A stretch of 64,000 bases of DNA from Octopus sinensis (lineage: Eukaryota). The notes below the pieces were generated by a model, which saw nothing but the letters and a program-made list of their open reading frames with translations, searched no databases and was not told the origin of the DNA. The stretch covers positions 57,102,001-57,166,000 of the forward strand of contig NC_043007.1 in NCBI RefSeq assembly GCF_006345805.1, read 5' to 3'. How positions within the stretch are numbered: position 1 is the first letter of the stretch; each line of letters starts with the position of its first letter. The position numbers were made by a program, and so were the translations under genes. This document shows, one piece after another, positions 39,214 to 51,400 of the stretch.

Positions 39214-40312
39214 TATGATGATGATGATGATGATGAGGCAATAAGAATGGCATTAAGAGGAGCAAAGATATATGTAGACTAAATCCCTGGCTGCCTCTTA
39301 AATAAGAGAATTACAAAAGATCACACATATGGATACCTCACATATTCTACATAAATTCCTCTGCATGTAAATGTAGCCCTGCTCAATCAGTGTTTTTCTC
39401 TCCCACAGAAATCAGCTTTTTCACCTGTATGGCATCTTGTTAGCATCTTCAGATGCAAAACCTTATTGTCCCTTGAAGTTTCTGATTGAAACTTGGGTGC
39501 AATTCTTATAAATTAAAGCAAAATTAATAGTAATACTTCCTACTATAGTACTGTAGACACAAGGCCTGAATTTTGGCGGGGGGTGGGGGTAATCGATTAC
39601 ATCGATCCTAATGTTCAGGTGATACTTATTTTATGGACCCCGAAAGGTTGAGGGGTAAAGACGATTGCAGTGGAATTTCAACTCAGAATGTAAAGTCGGA
39701 CGAAACGCCGCTAAGCACTTTGCCCAGTGGGCTAACGATTCTGCCCGCTCGCGGCATTAATAATTAATGGTGATGATAATGATGATGATGATGATGATGA
39801 TTATGATGATGATAATAATGATACTGGTTTCAAAGTTTAGAACAAGGCCAGCAAATTCGAGAGAGGGGGCAATTCGATTGCATCGGCCCCTTTGCTCAAC
39901 TAATAGCTATTTTATCGACCCGAAAGGAATAATAATAATGGTTTCAAGGAACAGCCCACATCTTACGCAAGACACTATCAATTCAATTGTAAAACCCTAA
40001 TAAAACTATCCACGAGCACACTCTATACAGTAAATATCCAATAGAATAAGCAACCCCTTCAACATGCACTCTAGAGGTCGGATGCCCAACAGTAGAACAC
40101 AACCCGCATTACACATACAACATACTGTACAAACACTAATACAACAAAAGACTGCAACTAAACCCCATAACAAAAGAAACGGATGCAACACAATACCGTG
40201 AAGAGTTTGCACTCCCCCAACAACACAAAAGAACACGGAATGCTGCACACACCTCAGCAACACGGTAGCATAGCAGGTGATGCAGTAGAAATTTGCCTGT
40301 AACTGTCAAATG

Positions 40313-40388
<76 letters not shown>

Positions 40389-40770
40389 GTTTCGAAATTT
40401 GGCACAAGGCCAGCAATTCTGGGGAAGCGGTAAATCGATTACTTCGATCCCAGTACTCAACTGATACTTATTTTATCGCCCGTGAAAGGATAAAAGGCAA
40501 AGTCGACCTCGGCGGAATTTGAACCCAGAACTTAAAGACGGACGATATACCGTGAAGTATCTTGTCCGGTCTGCTAACGGTTCTGCCTGCTCAATAATGG
40601 TTTCTAATTTAAGCACATGACCAACAATTCTGGGCGAAGGGATAAGCCCATAACATCGACCGCGGGACTTCATTACATTTACTTTATCGACCTCAAAAGG
40701 ATGAAAGACAAAGGTGACCTCGGCAGAATTTGAACCCAGAACAAAAGCTCAGAAGAAACTCACCAACGAT
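37783..40770. mobile_element. Dense cluster of family-B tRNA-derived SINEs interleaved with (AAT)n/(TAC)n tracts
   Basis: At least 7 full or partial copies of GAGCTGGCAGAA..GTTAGCACG...GTTCTGAGTTCAAATTCCGCCGAGGTCGACTTTGCCTTTCATCCTTTCGGGGTCGATAAAATAAGTACCAG, mostly on the minus strand. Confidence 0.9.
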
Positions 40771-41496
40771 TCTGTCAATCCGTTTCTTTTTTATTTATTT
40801 ATTTTTTGCTTTTAACTGCCACAAGCACACCGGATGAAGAGGACATTACAAATGCTAAAACGTCGAAGATTTACATGGCGAAGATAATGAGAAAAAGACA
40901 TGTACGAAAAATAACCAAATGGTGAATGAAATATTTCAATAGGGTGAAGAGCCCTTTGGGCCTATTCGGCGAAATCTACTTATTTTGAACGTCTTTTAAT
41001 TTCAAAGGTAAATATCATCTTATAGCTTGGTTTTCTGACCTGCAGACAGAGAGTAGATCAGAAAATATTTACTCGGGCCATACCCACTAATTTTATACAC
41101 TTGTCAACAAGTTGGCTGGTGGGAGTTACCTTCCTCTCCACCGTCACTTTCCTCTCCAAGAAAAACTGAAGAAACTGATGGAAGATTGGTCAATGAGAAA
41201 AACATTCTTCTCAGTCAGGTCAATTTTGTCGTTATATAACTTTTTCCGCCGTAATCAGAAGGCATTCAGAGAAAATTGTCCAGCCTTCTCGACTAAAGGA
41301 AGGTGATGGGCGGCTATCTGCCAAGTCCGTCCAAACGATGGACTCGGCACATAGCCAGCTCCTTGACATTTGTTGAACATAACTCCGCATCTTAGCAATG
41401 TTTATGTACAAAACGAGGGCACACAGATAAATTTTGTCTCTCTCCGTACGTCTTAGATAGGATACGAAACATTCTACAGACATCTCCATATCTATA

Positions 41497-42830
41497 CAGA
41501 GTGTCCCCCAAAAAAGTACTCACACTTTAAATGATAATTAATTCAGTGTTTATTGATTTAAAAACATGATTAATGGTTCAAATTTACAAATACATGGTCA
41601 AGAAACGCACTCACTCTTTAAATGACAATAAATACATTGTTTATTGACAATGGTTAAACGCAAAATGAATAAATGCATTTTTATAACTGTTCAAACTGAC
41701 GACCACCGCTCTCCAAACACAGCCGATACTGCAGACCAATGGATTCAAAAACATTCTGAATCATTTTATTTGGAACTGTGAGACATTGTCCTTCAATTTC
41801 CTCTCAGCTCATCGACTGTTACTGGTTTTGAACGGTAAACCTTATCTTTAAGATATCACCATAAAAAGAAGTCCATTGGATTGAGGTGTGGTGAACGCGC
41901 AGGGAATTAAACACTACTTCTTCGCCCAATACATCTGTTCGGAAAAGTTGCATTGAGATAGGTCCTTACATCACGATTGTTATGGGGCAGTTCTTCACCT
42001 GGCTGAAAGTAAACCTCTTCGTCAACAAACAATTCTTCGACATGTGCAATGACGGATTCCTGTAACATGTTTAGGTAAGCATCTCCAGTGACAGTTTGGT
42101 AAAAAAAGAATGGCCCCATGATACCCAATGATGATATCCCACACCACACTGTAACACCTGGTAAGTTCAAATGGTGTTCCATAGTAACATGCGGATTTTC
42201 AGGAGCCTTGTAGGTGCAACTGTGTCGGTTAATCGAGCCATTTAACTTAAAACTGGCCTCATCAGTCCAAACAATTTTGGATGCAACTTCTGCATTTTCC
42301 TCGCATTTACCCAGGTACTACTCACAAAATTCAACTCTCCGGTCAGAATTGTCTTCATTTAGAGCGTGGATTAATGTTGGTGTGTAACATTTCCAACCAA
42401 CTTGCTTTAGAAGATGGGCGCTTGATTTGGGGATTCCTGTCTCGCGAGCCGTTTGTCGTACAGATTTCTGTGGGGATTACCGGAAAATTTCCAGCAATTG
42501 TTCTTCTTTTGCAAGTCTGGTTGATGACCGTGGTCTTCCTGAACGATCCTAATGGACGTTATGCTCAGTTCCATCCGATTCAAACTTATCCCGTATGCGA
42601 ATATTGGTGCGTTGCGTAGGTGGATCTTAGTGAAAATGTCCTGTAAATTGTCTTTGTACTTCCATAATATTTTCGTGCTTCAGTAACACTTTATGATAAA
42701 TTTTCTTTCATCAAGCCTTAGTCGTACTTCTGCTATTATTAGGGTCAAATTGATCCGAAAAGAAATGAAAAATTCAGCGAGTTATGGGGAGTCAAAATGT
42801 GAGTACATTTTTTGGTAGCGAGACGCCCTG
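41497..42830 (-). mobile_element. rosa-type (DD41D) Tc1/mariner element, degenerate transposase
   Basis: TA|CAGAGTGTCCCCCAAAAAAGTACTCACACTTT and AAAATGTGAGTACATTTTTTGG...CCCTG|TA. Minus strand gives [62 protein letters not shown]. Confidence 0.88.
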
Positions 42831-43127
42831 TAGAATTAATCGCAAACCAGCAATAAATTCCAGTAGCACTGCTAGATTGATTAGGTATTTCTGAAAGTTC
42901 TTAATAAACCCCGGAGCATACTATTCTAAAGATAATCTCTGGCGATATCTGGAGTCTGATTTTTGCTACTGCAAGGTCCCGTGTAGAATGCAAGGGTTGG
43001 CGCATCAATAGAGAAATGTGAGCGTCTGACAGTCAACTAAACAATCTTGAATTGTTATCATTAACAAAATTATGGAAATCATTATATTAAAAATTACCTG
43101 TTGTTTGTGTGCTCTTTTATCTTTTAT

Positions 43128-43551
43128 TTGTTTCAGGTATTAGATTACGGCCATACTGGAGCACCGCCTTGAAGAATTTTTAGTCGAACAAATCGACTCT
43201 AGTACTTTTTTTAAAGCCTGGTACTTATTCTATCGCTAAGTTACGAGGACGTCGACACACCAACACCGATTGCCAAGCGGTAGTGGTGGTGGAAAAACAC
43301 AGATGCAAAGACACACACACACACACAACTCATACACACACAACTCATACACACACACACATACACATATACAAGCACAATATATAAATATATGACGTGC
43401 TTCTTACAATTTCCATCTACGAAATCCACTCACTAGGCTTTGATAGGCCCGGGGCTCTAGCAGAAGATACCTGCCCAAGGTGCCACGCGGCGAGGCTGAA
43501 CCTAGAAGCATGTGGTTAGGAAGCAAACTTCTTACCACACATCCACGCCTG
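43128..43551 (-). mobile_element. Family-A SINE
   Basis: Same motifs as 23728-24092. Confidence 0.88.
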
Positions 43552-44209
43552 TAATATATTTTTAATTAATTATTTTTGCTTTTTATCTTTGTTTGGCAGC
43601 TGTTTTGTCTTGTTCAACATTATTTGCTCTGGTGTAAGGGGTAGGCCCCAAGAAAGGAGAAATCACTTTTTCTCTTTGCTTTATTACTTGACGTGGGTGG
43701 CGACATTATTTAAAAATCGACCTTACTGTCTAATTCCAAAGCACGTAGCCAACTAAAACATGTTGCATGGTCGGTTCGTCGGCGGCTAAATCGGCAACAA
43801 TCCCACATTTCTTTGTTGAAGTGGGGATGACTAATTTGGACCCCTTGTAGAAAAAGAAAGGGGACACCCCACCAAAACTCATCAAAGAACGAATGAATTC
43901 AAAGAGTTAGCGGCCATCCAAATCGTGTGATTTTACTTAATTTCAGATTCAGATTAAGAAGATATTGCAAGTGAGAGTCGTCAACTGAAAAAGTCGAATG
44001 AAATATCTTAATTATAAAGCGACTCCAAAAGTCAATTGCGTTTACAACAACAACAACAACAGCAACAACAATAATACCACAAGTAGTAACAATAACAATG
44101 AAAATCAAAAGGTCAATAGCATCATCATCACTACCACCTATTCCCGTCCCTCACGCAGACCCCACCACCACCACCAACATGTAAATAAGAACAATATTAG
44201 TTCAGAAAC

Positions 44210-44258
<49 letters not shown>

Positions 44259-44312
44259 ATAGTGGTAGTAGTAGTAGTAGTAACAGCAGCAGCAGCAGTA
44301 GTAGTAGTAACG

Positions 44313-44364
<52 letters not shown>

Positions 44365-45687
44365 AAGAAGAAGAAGAAGAAGAAGAAGAAGAAGAAGAAG
44401 AAGAAGAAGAAGAAGAAGAAGAAGAAAAAGAAGAAGAAGAAGATGAAGAAGAAGAAGAATCTGGCCAAGAAAGAACAGAGCTGTAACAGAGATGGAATGT
44501 TAGATGAAGGTAAAAGAAAAAAGAAAGAGAAGACCCGAAAAAAAAAGAATATGAAAAAAGAGATAAAGGATGAAGAAAAGAAAACTTCTGAGATAAAACA
44601 GAAGGAAGAGGAAAAGGAGGAGAAATGGAAGAAGAAACAAAGAATGAAGGAAAGAAAGAAATGAAGAAAGAATTAAAAGAGGAGGAAGAAATGGTTTGAA
44701 GAGTGGCTGTTTGAAAAGACTTGTCTTCCATTTAAAGTAGGAAATAGGATGTACAATGGTGGCGGCGGTAGCGGCAGTAGTGGTGGCAGCGGTGGTGGTG
44801 GCAGCGGCGGCGGTGGTGCTGGTGGTGGTGGGTTAGTTGTAGGGGGTGAAGGACTACGGATGGGTCCATTGAGTCCTTCGTTTCCTGGAATTGGTCGGAA
44901 GTTAGCCAGGCTCTATCTCTTTGATGATGTCAAGTCTTATTTTCAGAAGACCTGCAATATTGCCTCTGCCTCTTGAGGCAATTGGAAAATTTTGCATGAA
45001 ATATTTCGAAAAGATAGAAGAAATAAAATAGCAGCAGCAGCAGCAGCAACAACAACAACAACAACAACATGAACATGAACAACAGCCTCTAAAAACTAAG
45101 TAAATAAATAAATGAAAAGCAGCCAATTCAAACATAATTGACAAAAATAAATATACTGAAAGGAAAAAATAATAAAGCAACACACGGACACACAGACGCA
45201 CACAGGCACAGACACACACACACACCCTCTCACACACACACATACTCACACACGCACGCACACACACACACACAAACGCACACACACAAACGCACACACA
45301 CACACACACACACGAATAATAGCAACAATAGCTAACACACGAATAATAGCAACAATAGTAAATGAAAATTTTTCTCCTATCATAACAGTAGCAACATCAA
45401 TAACAACAGAAACAACAATACTAAAAACAACACCACTATTATCGTAGCCTTACCTATATCCAAGAGTTACCAAACAACAAGACTAAAGTTTGCTGAAAAG
45501 GTCAATTCCAAAGGAACCACCGCACTTATTACACCATAGAATACTGTACTTACTATATTAAACTTTTTCTTTTAAGCTTCTGTTTAGATAACAATATTAT
45601 ACCGTATGCCCACAATTATTCATTAGATCTCGTCACAACTTCACTATGTTACATGATCGACAATTATATATATATAATATATATATA

Positions 45688-45722
<35 letters not shown>

Positions 45723-45999
45723 CTATGTAGGAAGTACAACCTACCACTCAACGTCTATATATCTGTTTACTGTGAAATTTGCAGAATATCTTGAAAGAAA
45801 GTTTAGTGACTTGGCTTGTCAGAATTCTCTCTCTTTCTCTCTTTATATATATGTATATCCGAAATTAGGGAATGGAGTAGATAAAATCCAGGCACATATG
45901 TTTCATAGCTAGCGGAATCTCCGAAGTAGTATATCTTCTACGGACTGCTTGAAGCTTACTAATTTCCAATAACCTTGATCCTTGGATCTTACCTTTGCA

Positions 46000-46044
<45 letters not shown>

Positions 46045-46104
46045 GTCTGTCTGTCTGTCTGTCTGTCTGAAGTCGGGATCATGTCGTTAAGAAGCATATA
46101 TATA

Positions 46105-46248
46105 TGCTTCTTAACGACATGATCCCGACTTCAGTGCCACTGCGTGGCAGCTTGAAGACGTGTCTTTGTCAAAAGTCCTTGGCCGACCAAAGTCTTATGA
46201 GTGGATCTGGTTTGCGGAAACTGAAGGAATCCCGTCGTATATGTATAT

Positions 46249-46297
<49 letters not shown>

Positions 46298-46730
46298 TAT
46301 ATCAATACATATATATATATATTGTGGCCTCTTCAATTGTCGTTGAAGAGGTTGCAAGAAGTAACGACAATTTTAGAAAATGATAAATAAGTAAATGAGT
46401 GGAAATCTAACCGGTGAGTGTGCTAATTAATAAGGTATTAAAACAGAATGACTCTCACCAGACACAATAATATAAATATATATACTGATATGTGTGTGTG
46501 TGTGTGTATTATGTATGTATGTATGTTTGTGTGTGCTTTTGTGTTCATGTTTGTCCCCCACCACCGCCTGACAGCCGGTCTTGGTTTCTGTCCTCGTAAT
46601 AGACCGATAGAATAAGCACCCAACTTTTAAAAGATAAGCACTGGAATTGATTCTTTTAGCTAAAACACCTCAAGGCGGTACCCCAGCATATTCGCAGTCA
46701 AATGACTGATGCAGTTAAACGATAAATGAT
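46105..46730 (+). mobile_element. Family-A SINE split by microsatellite and unique DNA
   Basis: 5' half at 46105-46290, 3' half at ~46540-46730. Confidence 0.75.
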
Positions 46731-46842
46731 TGAGATATATATTATATACCATTCATATGGGTGTATGTATGTGTGTGTATGTGTATGTATCTATGTATGT
46801 GTGATAAGGTCCAGATACTAAAGTGTAGTCAATATTATACCG

Positions 46843-47060
46843 ATAAGGCGGCAAGCTGACAGAATCGTTAGCACGCTGGACAAAATGCTCAGCGGCATTC
46901 CGTCTGCCTCTACGTTCTGAATTCAAATTCCACCGAGGTTGACTTTGCCTTTCATTCTTTCGGGGTCGATAAGATGAATAGCAGCAGGGCACTGAGGTCG
47001 ATGTAATCGACTTAACCAACTCCCCAAATTGTTGATATTGTGCCAAAATTAGAAATCAAT
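46843..47060 (+). mobile_element. Family-B SINE
   Basis: AAGGCGGCAAGCTGACAGAATCGTTAGCACG...GTTCTGAATTCAAATTCC..GAGGTTGACTTTGCC. Confidence 0.88.
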
Positions 47061-47292
47061 ATTGTATCGAGTCCATTTGAGTTTTAACCTTGGAGATCGT
47101 TTCATATTTTTGTATATTATGCAATAATATTGCAGAAATTAAAATGTCGATTAAACAATTTCAGAATCATGCAATAAAACGAAATGCTCAGCTCACGCAT
47201 TGTTGATGTCTATTATATTATGCGCTGGACGTTTATATGTATGTATATAATATGTATGTATTTGTGGGCATGTCTGTGTATATATATATATA

Positions 47293-47334
<42 letters not shown>

Positions 47335-47352
47335 TTATATATATATATATAT

Positions 47353-49695
47353 TTGGCATTTGGCATGGGAGAGAGAAACGAGAGAGGAGAACGTTTGGCT
47401 ACCATGGCAGAGGCGAGGCAGCTCTACATCGGAAACAGCCTATTCAGGAAGAGGGAGAGGAAGAGATGGACTTGGATATCGCCGAACTCTAAGCACCGAA
47501 GCGAGACTGACTACATCCTGGTTGATAAGCGACGCATATTGCATGATGTCTCCGTCGTGACGCCATTCAACACCGGCAGCGATCATCGTCTGGTAAGGGC
47601 GAGGGTCGTCATCGACGAGAAGAGGGAGAAGATGGCGTTATATTTGGCGTCGAAGGGAAAACGTGTCCGAGTCTACAACGAGGCAAAGCTGCAGGAAGCC
47701 ATCATGCAGGAAGACTGGTGCTAAGGAGGCGATATAGACGATGACTACAACTCACTGATAGGGAAACTGAAGGAGTGTTTAAGGAAGGCTAAGGGTGTAT
47801 GCCCAAGAGAAAAGAAGGGAAGAATCTCGGAAGAAACTACGAAGTTACTCGAGAAGAGGAAAAATATGAAGAGGACTATTGAAGATCACCTTGAATATTC
47901 CATTCTCAGCAGAGTGATTCGTCAGCAACTAAAGAAAGACTTTGAGGCATACTGGATAGAGAAGCTCTTGAAGGCCGCAGAGGAAAAGAAAAGCCTCAAG
48001 AAATGCAAGAGGGACATGGTACTATATAGATCGGAGGTGACGGCCCTGAAAAATACAGATGGAATACCGGTCAACGAGAAGAGCGAGATGGAAAAAGTTT
48101 GTGAAGACTTCTACACCAAGCTCTCTAAGTCTACCAGAAATGTCCAGCCGTTACCACTACTCCAACAGGAAGAAAACGTGCCACCTATCCTTGTCAGTGA
48201 GGTTGAAAGAGCCATCGGCTCGATGAAAAACGGAAAGGCTCCAGGGAAAGACGGTATAACATCGGAGGTGCTAAAGTCAGGCAGAGAGCAGCTCTGGAAA
48301 ATCCTCGCTGAGCGATTTACGCACTATCTAGACGAGGGAAGAATTCCCTCGCAGTGGAAAGAGTCAAATACCATCCTGCTGTATAAGAAGGGCGACAGAG
48401 AAGATCTAAAGAACTACCGACCCATATGCCTGCTGTCTCACGTGTACAAGCTGTTCACGAAGATAATTCTGAACAGGTTGTCACGTCGTCTCGACGAACA
48501 ACAACCGAGGGAGCAGGCAGGCTTCCGGAAGAACTACAGCACAATGGACCATATATTTGCTCTAACGCGACTGCTTGAGCGAGCAAATGAGTACAAGCTG
48601 CCTCTTTGCATTGCGTTTATAGATTATGAGAAGGCCTTCGATAGCATCGAAACCAACGCAGTGCTGAACTCACTGCAGAGGCAAGGAATCGAAGCGCAAT
48701 ATGTGCAACAGCTCAGAGAGGCAAATTCCGGATGCACCACCGACATGGCTCTACTGTCATCACCCATACGAGTGCCGGTCGAGAAGGGAGTGAAGCAAGG
48801 AGATACAATCTCCCCAAAACTTTTCACTGCATGTCTCGAACAGATCATCAGAGGCATCGAATGGCAAGGTGGTGTCAACATCAATGGCGAGCTCCTCACT
48901 CACCTCAGTTTCGCTGACGACATCGTACTCATCGCTGAAAACATGGATCAGCTTCAGACCATGCTGACGAAGCTCGACATCAAAAGTTTTGCAGTAGGTC
49001 TCAAGATGAACCGCATGAAAATAAAGTTCATGCGGTCAGACAACGTACCAATAGGTCGAATGGTGATCGGCAGTGATGAAATAGAGGAGGTGAGAGAATA
49101 TGTCTACCTGGGACAGGAAGTAAATATGTGCCGGGATATCAAAAAGGAGATCTCATGGAAAGTAAGGGCCGGATGGAAGGCGTTCAATGGCATAAGGGAT
49201 GTGCTCAAGGGAAGGTTGGACAGGACCACCCGCGCCAACCTCATTAACAGTGCTGTTCTGCCTGCAATATTATATGGTAGTGAAATATGGGCTACCACAA
49301 AGAGAGAAGAGCAAAGACTGGTAACGGCTCAAAGAGCCATGGAAAGGTCAATGCTTGGTATCTCGTTGAGAGAGCACATAAATAACAAGATCATCAGAAA
49401 GAAGTCCGGCGTGAGAGATGTCATCGCAGAGTATACTCGCAGCAAGTATAGATGGGCTGGACACGTCACCCGGCTCACCGATAATCGGTGGACGCACGCA
49501 GTTGTCGAGTGGAACCCGCGTGAGCGGAAAAGACCACCCGGAAGACCTCCACGACGGTGGAGTGACGATTTCAAGAGGACGATTGGGATCACGTGGATGA
49601 GAAAGGCGCGATCCAGAGAGGAGTGGACAGCGTGCTGTGACCAGCGGTGTCAAATGGACGCCTGGCGGACTGGTCGGTCAAGGTGATCAAAGTGA
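47353..49695 (+). mobile_element. 5'-truncated RTE-clade LINE, nearly intact (APE C-terminus plus RT)
   Basis: One reading frame from FGMGERNERGERL through DYIL, SDHRLVRA to RT motifs, with a single TAA at 47722-47724. Short 3' tail TCAAGGTGA-TCAAAGTGA; flanked by (TA)n on both sides. Confidence 0.97.
47866..49686 (+). CDS. RTE reverse transcriptase ORF (606 aa, uninterrupted)
   Basis: KNGKAPGKDGI, NYRPICLLSHVYKLFTKI, QPREQAGFRK, FIDYEKAFDS, GVKQGDTISPKLF, LSFADDIVL, YVYLG, RWAGHV, KRPPGRPPRRW. Confidence 0.93.
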   Translation: MKRTIEDHLEYSILSRVIRQQLKKDFEAYWIEKLLKAAEEKKSLKKCKRDMVLYRSEVTALKNTDGIPVNEKSEMEKVCEDFYTKLSKSTRNVQPLPLLQQEENVPPILVSEVERAIGSMKNGKAPGKDGITSEVLKSGREQLWKILAERFTHYLDEGRIPSQWKESNTILLYKKGDREDLKNYRPICLLSHVYKLFTKIILNRLSRRLDEQQPREQAGFRKNYSTMDHIFALTRLLERANEYKLPLCIAFIDYEKAFDSIETNAVLNSLQRQGIEAQYVQQLREANSGCTTDMALLSSPIRVPVEKGVKQGDTISPKLFTACLEQIIRGIEWQGGVNINGELLTHLSFADDIVLIAENMDQLQTMLTKLDIKSFAVGLKMNRMKIKFMRSDNVPIGRMVIGSDEIEEVREYVYLGQEVNMCRDIKKEISWKVRAGWKAFNGIRDVLKGRLDRTTRANLINSAVLPAILYGSEIWATTKREEQRLVTAQRAMERSMLGISLREHINNKIIRKKSGVRDVIAEYTRSKYRWAGHVTRLTDNRWTHAVVEWNPRERKRPPGRPPRRWSDDFKRTIGITWMRKARSREEWTACCDQRCQMDAWRTGRSR

Positions 49696-49862
49696 TATAT
49701 ATATATATAAATCGTCAGTTGTTAACTCGGATTCAAATGTTTTGCTTTCTATAATAGACTTTATAAGTTAGCGCTAAGATATAAATCACATGAAGAGTTT
49801 AATAAGTTTTATATTCCCGAGCACAATTTAAAAAATAAATAAATTGATAAATACACACACAC

Positions 49863-49979
<117 letters not shown>

Positions 49980-50098
49980 TAGGATATTAAACCAGTGCAA
50001 CTGAGATGATTACATATCCTCGTAGTTTTTATAACGTTATCTTTACTCTCTTAGCTGATCGAGTGCTGTTCTACTTGTTGGAGCCTTACCACATAATA

Positions 50099-51210
50099 CA
50101 TCAGATCAACCCATAAGTAACGTCGTTTTGTTTTTTTTGTGTGTGTGTGTGTGTGGTAAGCTTGGAAGAAATAAAAAAGCAAGTAAGGTACCAATTTAAT
50201 CAACTATATATTCCCCACCTGAATCAATAAAATTCTTCCAGCGCTGTAAAAGGTTTTTCATACCAATCCTATGGAAGCCAGCTTGCTTGGAAGAGAAAAA
50301 CTCTTGAAGGCTTGTTTCAAGTGCCTCTAAGGAAATATATTCTTTTCTATCGATAAATTTTTGCAAGCTTCTGAATAAATGATAATCCAAAGGAGCAAGG
50401 TCAGGAGAATACAGAGGATGTGGAAGTCTTTCCCATCCTAGCTCCTCAATCTTAGACATGTGATTCTTGTACTATGAGGTTTGGCATTGTCATGATGGAA
50501 AATGAAACCCTTTCGATTGACTAGAGAGCACCTTTGTTCTGTATGTTTTTCATTCAATCTATCAATTTGTTCACAGTACACTTGAGCTGTAATTGTCTAG
50601 TTTTGTGGCAAGGTTTTAAAGTGAATTACACCAAACATGTCCCACCAAATGCTTAACAAAACTTTCCCAAAGATGATCTTGTTTTGGATGGAGTCTTGTT
50701 TGTTGTCCTGGTTGAACTCATTAACATTGGCACTTAGCATTCTTATAGAGTACCTAATTTTCATCACTAGTCACTAAGCGGTTAAAAAATTGGAGATTTT
50801 TTCTCTCTTGAATAAAGAGCAGTGCAGATATTGACACAGTCTCTTCGATTGTTTTCACTCAGTTCATGTGGAACCCACTTGCCAAGCTTCGATACGATTC
50901 CAACTTCTTGCAAATGGTAATGGACAATTGATGATGATGAAATAACCTCTTCTGCTAACTCTTCAACAGTTGCATACGTATTTCTCCCAGTAGCGGCTTT
51001 CAACATCTCATTAGCAAAAGAGAAAGGGCACCCAGAGCTGTGGACATCATCCATGCTAAAGTCCCCTTGCCAAAATTTATGGAACCGTCGCTAACACTTG
51101 TGTGTATTCAAAACAATTTCCCCATACACTTCTTGCACATTTTTTTCAGCATTTGTTGCATTGTTGCTTTTTTTATTGTGTCTGCAAGCCTGCAAAGCTA
51201 GAATCTATTT
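50099..51210 (-). mobile_element. Degenerate mariner (DD34D) element, one TIR visible
   Basis: Minus strand gives SKLGKWVPHELSENNRR and LPHPLYSPDLAPLDYHLFRSLQ...QRWKNFIDSGGEYIVD*. TIR-like ATCAGATCAACCCATAAGTAACG at ~50100 resembles the TIR at 62148; the other end was not found. Confidence 0.88.
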
Positions 51211-51270
51211 AACTGAAGCTTTCCTTTTGATAGATAGATAGATAGGTAGGTAGACAGATACACAGATAGA

Positions 51271-51301
<31 letters not shown>

Positions 51302-51353
51302 GCAGACAGACAGACAGACAGACAGGCAGGAAGACAGACAGACAGACAGACAG

Positions 51354-51397
<44 letters not shown>

Positions 51398-51400
<3 letters not shown>

